Positions 60,655 to 64,000 of a DNA stretch of 64,000 nucleotides are shown one piece after another. The stretch is from NCBI GenBank assembly GCA_964106915.2, contig OZ066924.1. The stretch is one strand, 5' to 3'. The translations under genes were made by a program, and so were the position numbers. Under the pieces are notes generated by a model. The model was not told where the DNA came from, searched no databases, and saw only the letters and a list, made by a program, of their open reading frames with translations. Source of the stretch: Podarcis gaigeae. Lineage: Eukaryota. Positions within the stretch are counted from its first letter, which is position 1. Every line of letters begins with the position of its first letter.

Positions 60655-61147
60655 ATCCCTCCTAAAACCCTCAGCATTCCACTCTTTCAGACATTTTTCA
60701 TGCTTGTTTTCAGCCATTGATTCCCTCATCGACTGCTGCTGCTTCAGAGCCATTGTTTTTTTTTAAAAAATAATAACTTGAAAGGGATTTCATGATCCCA
60801 GCCAATCAGGGATCACACAGACAACATAATGATGTCATGGCCTTGTGTAGATAAATCAGATTTGGCAATGTACTAATGTTACTAAGGGTAAACTGCTGAA
60901 CTCATGCATCTGCTTATCTCACCTTGACATGCTGAAAATGAGGTTTCTACAGGCTTCCTACCCCTCAAATTTAGCTCCTGAATTCTTACCCAAATTGGCT
61001 ACTAGCACACAGTCACCCTTGTTAGTCTGAGCTCTTTTTAATGAAATAATTAAACAAATGGGTGTTACTTATCCTCTTCTCACACATCTGCTTAACTCTC
61101 CTTGACATTTTATCAGTTAGGGCTCCTCGTAGCATGTGGGTTCTCAT

Positions 61148-61545
61148 GTGTTGGTGTTTAAAGCCCTACACGGCCTTGGCTCAGTATACCTGAAAGAGCG
61201 TCTCCACCCCCATCGTTCTGCCCGGACGCTGAGGTCCAGTGCCAAGGGCCTTCTGGCGGTTCCCTCACCGTGAGAAGCAAAGCTACAGGGAACCAGGCAG
61301 AGGGCCTTCTTGGTAGTGGCACCCGCCCTGTGGAACGCCCACCCATCAGATGTCAAAGAGAAAAATAACTACCAGACTTTTAGAAGACATCTAAAGGCAG
61401 CCCTGTTTAGAGAAGTTTTTAATGTGTGACATTTTAATGTATTTTTAATCTTTGTTGGAAGCCACCCAGAGTGGCTGGGGAGACCCAGCCAGATGGGCGG
61501 GGTACTACTACTACTAATAATAATAATAATAATAATTTATTATTA
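61148..61545 (+). mobile_element. L2 LINE 3' end
   Basis: LVFKALHGLGSVYLKERL...RTLRSS...GTRQRAFLVVAPALWNAHP...FRRHLKAALF; 3' UTR and (TAC)n(TAA)n tail. Confidence 0.92.
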
Positions 61546-62971
61546 AAGCCTTATTGGGAAATGCAGAGCAGAATCAATGTGATTAGTTGTCTTAAAGTGA
61601 TCAGAAATGGGGAACCTCTGTCATTCTGGGCACCACATTTATTCATGGGCAACCTTCTGGAGAAAGCATGCTGGTAGTAGGCAGGGCCAGAGGTTAAAAA
61701 AACAGCCAGTGGGACAACAGATACAACTCTTATCCTTTGTACAGCCCAACAAAAGTAAGAGGTGCATCTTTCCATCTTCCATCCAGGAAAGCAAGAGGAA
61801 CTGCCTCAATTCAAGGACACACTCCAGCCAGGCATGGAACAGGACCAGCAAGGAGGCATCTGCCTGGAAAAGCCCTGAGGGCCAGACAGAGAACCCTGGA
61901 AATCTGCATTTGGACACCAGGTCCAAGGTTCCCCACCCCGTCTTAAAGTATTAATATTAAATGACTTGGGCAGGAATCCTGTTCAGCAACCTGCTGAATC
62001 TAATGAAGTTTTCAAGCAATTTTTGTTTATTCCCCTTTCCTCCTGATTCCCCCCTGCACCACCTAGAACACTGTTCCAGAAGGTGCGTGTTATGTACGCC
62101 AACCCCATGGAGGCATGAGGGGAAAGGGGAGCCAAGAAAGTACCTTATTCTATAAGCAGAATTCCACACACAAAACTCTGGGTCAAGCCCCTTATTCGTT
62201 GGGTAGCCCATGTATCAACTTTTGGTGAAATACATTGTTTTGTTTTTCCTCCGGTAATGGCAGTAATTTTGCTTTTCTTAGTTGTCTACGTCTGAGAACT
62301 TCACCTTAGTTGTCTACGTCTGGGAATAAGTTGCACGAAAGCTCTCCTCTAGATCCGATGTCTTGCTAAGGTGTTTTCAAAACCTTTCCATCAGTATGGA
62401 GGGTTATGTTTGCCTGTGTGACGTTTATGGAGAGTGAAAACACAGAATATCATAATAACCTCAGAGAAGCTCTTCAGAACAGTACTTTATAATGGATGCG
62501 GTCATTGTAACTTGTATATTCAGATTGAGGCCACATCATTTAAAAGTCTTCACTGAGGATGTTTAGCACAATATAGCTACTATAAGATTATCAAGAAACC
62601 AAGGCACTTTTGCTCCATATACTTTGGTGTAATCTTATTCATTTTGTGGTACAATATCTGTATTGTGAGTCACTGAATCACACAGGCATATATACCTCTA
62701 TCCTATGCTGCAGAGAGCTTATGTTCTCTTTATTGTTCTTTTTGAAAAAATCTAGTTTTACAATGTGCCCAGAATGTGAATATGGGAGATAATTTGCAAA
62801 TACAATGATTGCAGAACAATCATTCATTCATTCTTCTCCCTCATTCAATGAAGAGGGAGGGGGGATCATTTTTCCTCTGTGGAAACATCTGAAGATTAAA
62901 TGAAATATTCTCAGTTCGTCATCATAACGTATTAGTTGCTTTATAAATAATATGTGCAACTTGCTGTACTA

Positions 62972-63101
62972 CAGGGATGAGGAACCTGTGGCCCACCAGA
63001 CGTTGTTGGACTCCAGTTCCCACCAGCCCCAGTCAACAAGGCCAATGGTCAGGGATGATCAAGTCCAAGAACATTTGGAGGGCTCCTGGTTCCTCATTCC
63101 T
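62972..63101. mobile_element. Palindromic hAT-like MITE (decayed relatives near 8517-8650 and 28368-28470)
   Basis: CAGGGATGAGGAACC...GGTTCCTCATTCCTG inverted ends. Confidence 0.75.
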
Positions 63102-64000
63102 GCTTTAGAGAAAACACACACAAGGCACTTTCCACAGGTTCCCACCCACTTTATTTTTAAATGAGGGGAATCTTTGTACAATCTGAGAGAGAGGGAAAGG
63201 AGAAAAAAGTTAAATAATACAATAATTAATTTGGCAATAAGTAATAATCTCTGCACCAAAGCCAAACAGTACATGAAGAGGGGAATGCAAGGCAGAAAAG
63301 ATGAGTTCTAAATAATTTCTGAAAAGTGAAACACTGAATAGGCCATCCAATATTACAAGGAAGATTATTCCACACGTACAGATCAAACCAGTACTCTACA
63401 TTTATTAAAGCTAAATTTTCAGTAGGAAAGCAATAAGCAGTAATATCATGCCAAAACAAAAACATAACCTACACTCATTGACATATGGGAGCAGGGATAA
63501 TTTCACTTAGGGTAACCACTGAATTTACTTCAAGAAATAGAGGACACCAACAATAGCCCCAGACATGTGGGCAAGCAAGCTGCTGTTGAATCCAGAAAAA
63601 GGCAGAAGTAATGTTGATACAGGGTTCTGCTCTACATACGGGGCTGGATTTTTGAAAGCCTAGTAAGTTCAAAACACAGCAATCAGGGAGTTGTATCCAA
63701 TGCTAGTCCTACTCAGAGTAGATTCATTAAAAATGGTGGCCATGACTAACTTAGGTTCATTAATTAACTATGACTAACACTGGCTACAGCTAAAACAAAA
63801 AAATCCCTTCAAAACAAAAAAACCAAACAAAAAAAAACAAAACAAAAAAAAAAAATTCCTTTAATTTAACACTGGCTACAGCTAGCATTATAATAAAACC
63901 CCCGACTTTTGTCAGATCATATTACTCCATTGTTATTCAAGTTTCATTGATTTTCAATTTGTTTCCTGACCCAAATCAAAGTCTTGGTTTAAACCTACAT

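Noticed and set aside
7365-63790. Many very decayed small palindromic MITEs and AT-rich repeats (e.g. ~7365, 9400-9750, 27110, 40700-40975, 47025, 51768, 52220, 57180, 63690)
   Set aside because: Probably real repeats, but boundaries and families cannot be supported without alignment

Overview
Vertebrate non-coding DNA, almost certainly from a squamate and probably a lacertid lizard. This is inferred from six Sauria SINEs, a Bov-B LINE, a decayed Squam3-like SINE and squamate-type L2/CR1 3' ends. I recognise no intact host protein-coding gene, tRNA or rRNA; nearly all listed ORFs are chance or repeat-derived. The window is a mosaic of mobile DNA: Sauria SINEs with TSDs, Bov-B, Rex1/Babar, L2 and CR1 fragments, about 10 TA-flanked Tc1/mariner (Tigger/pogo-type) MITEs, several hAT-type MITEs with 8-bp TSDs, a solo LTR and a probable Ngaro/DIRS-type piece. 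Between these lie repeat-free, AT-rich, motif-dense blocks resembling conserved non-coding enhancers, which suggests a large intron or gene desert. The most notable structures are: (1) a multi-layer nested insertion at 21.26-23.39 kb, built on an apparently complete non-autonomous RTE-type retroposon; (2) a TSD-flanked chimeric retroposon made of L2 endonuclease sequence plus a (CAA)n tail; (3) a hAT MITE family with shared ends but variable GC-rich cargo; (4) a decayed hammerhead-like motif, several hairpins and a few candidate unannotated exons. Two assembly gaps are present. Family names come from my recall of consensus sequences, not from database searches. I found no convincing evidence of a wholly new biological system.
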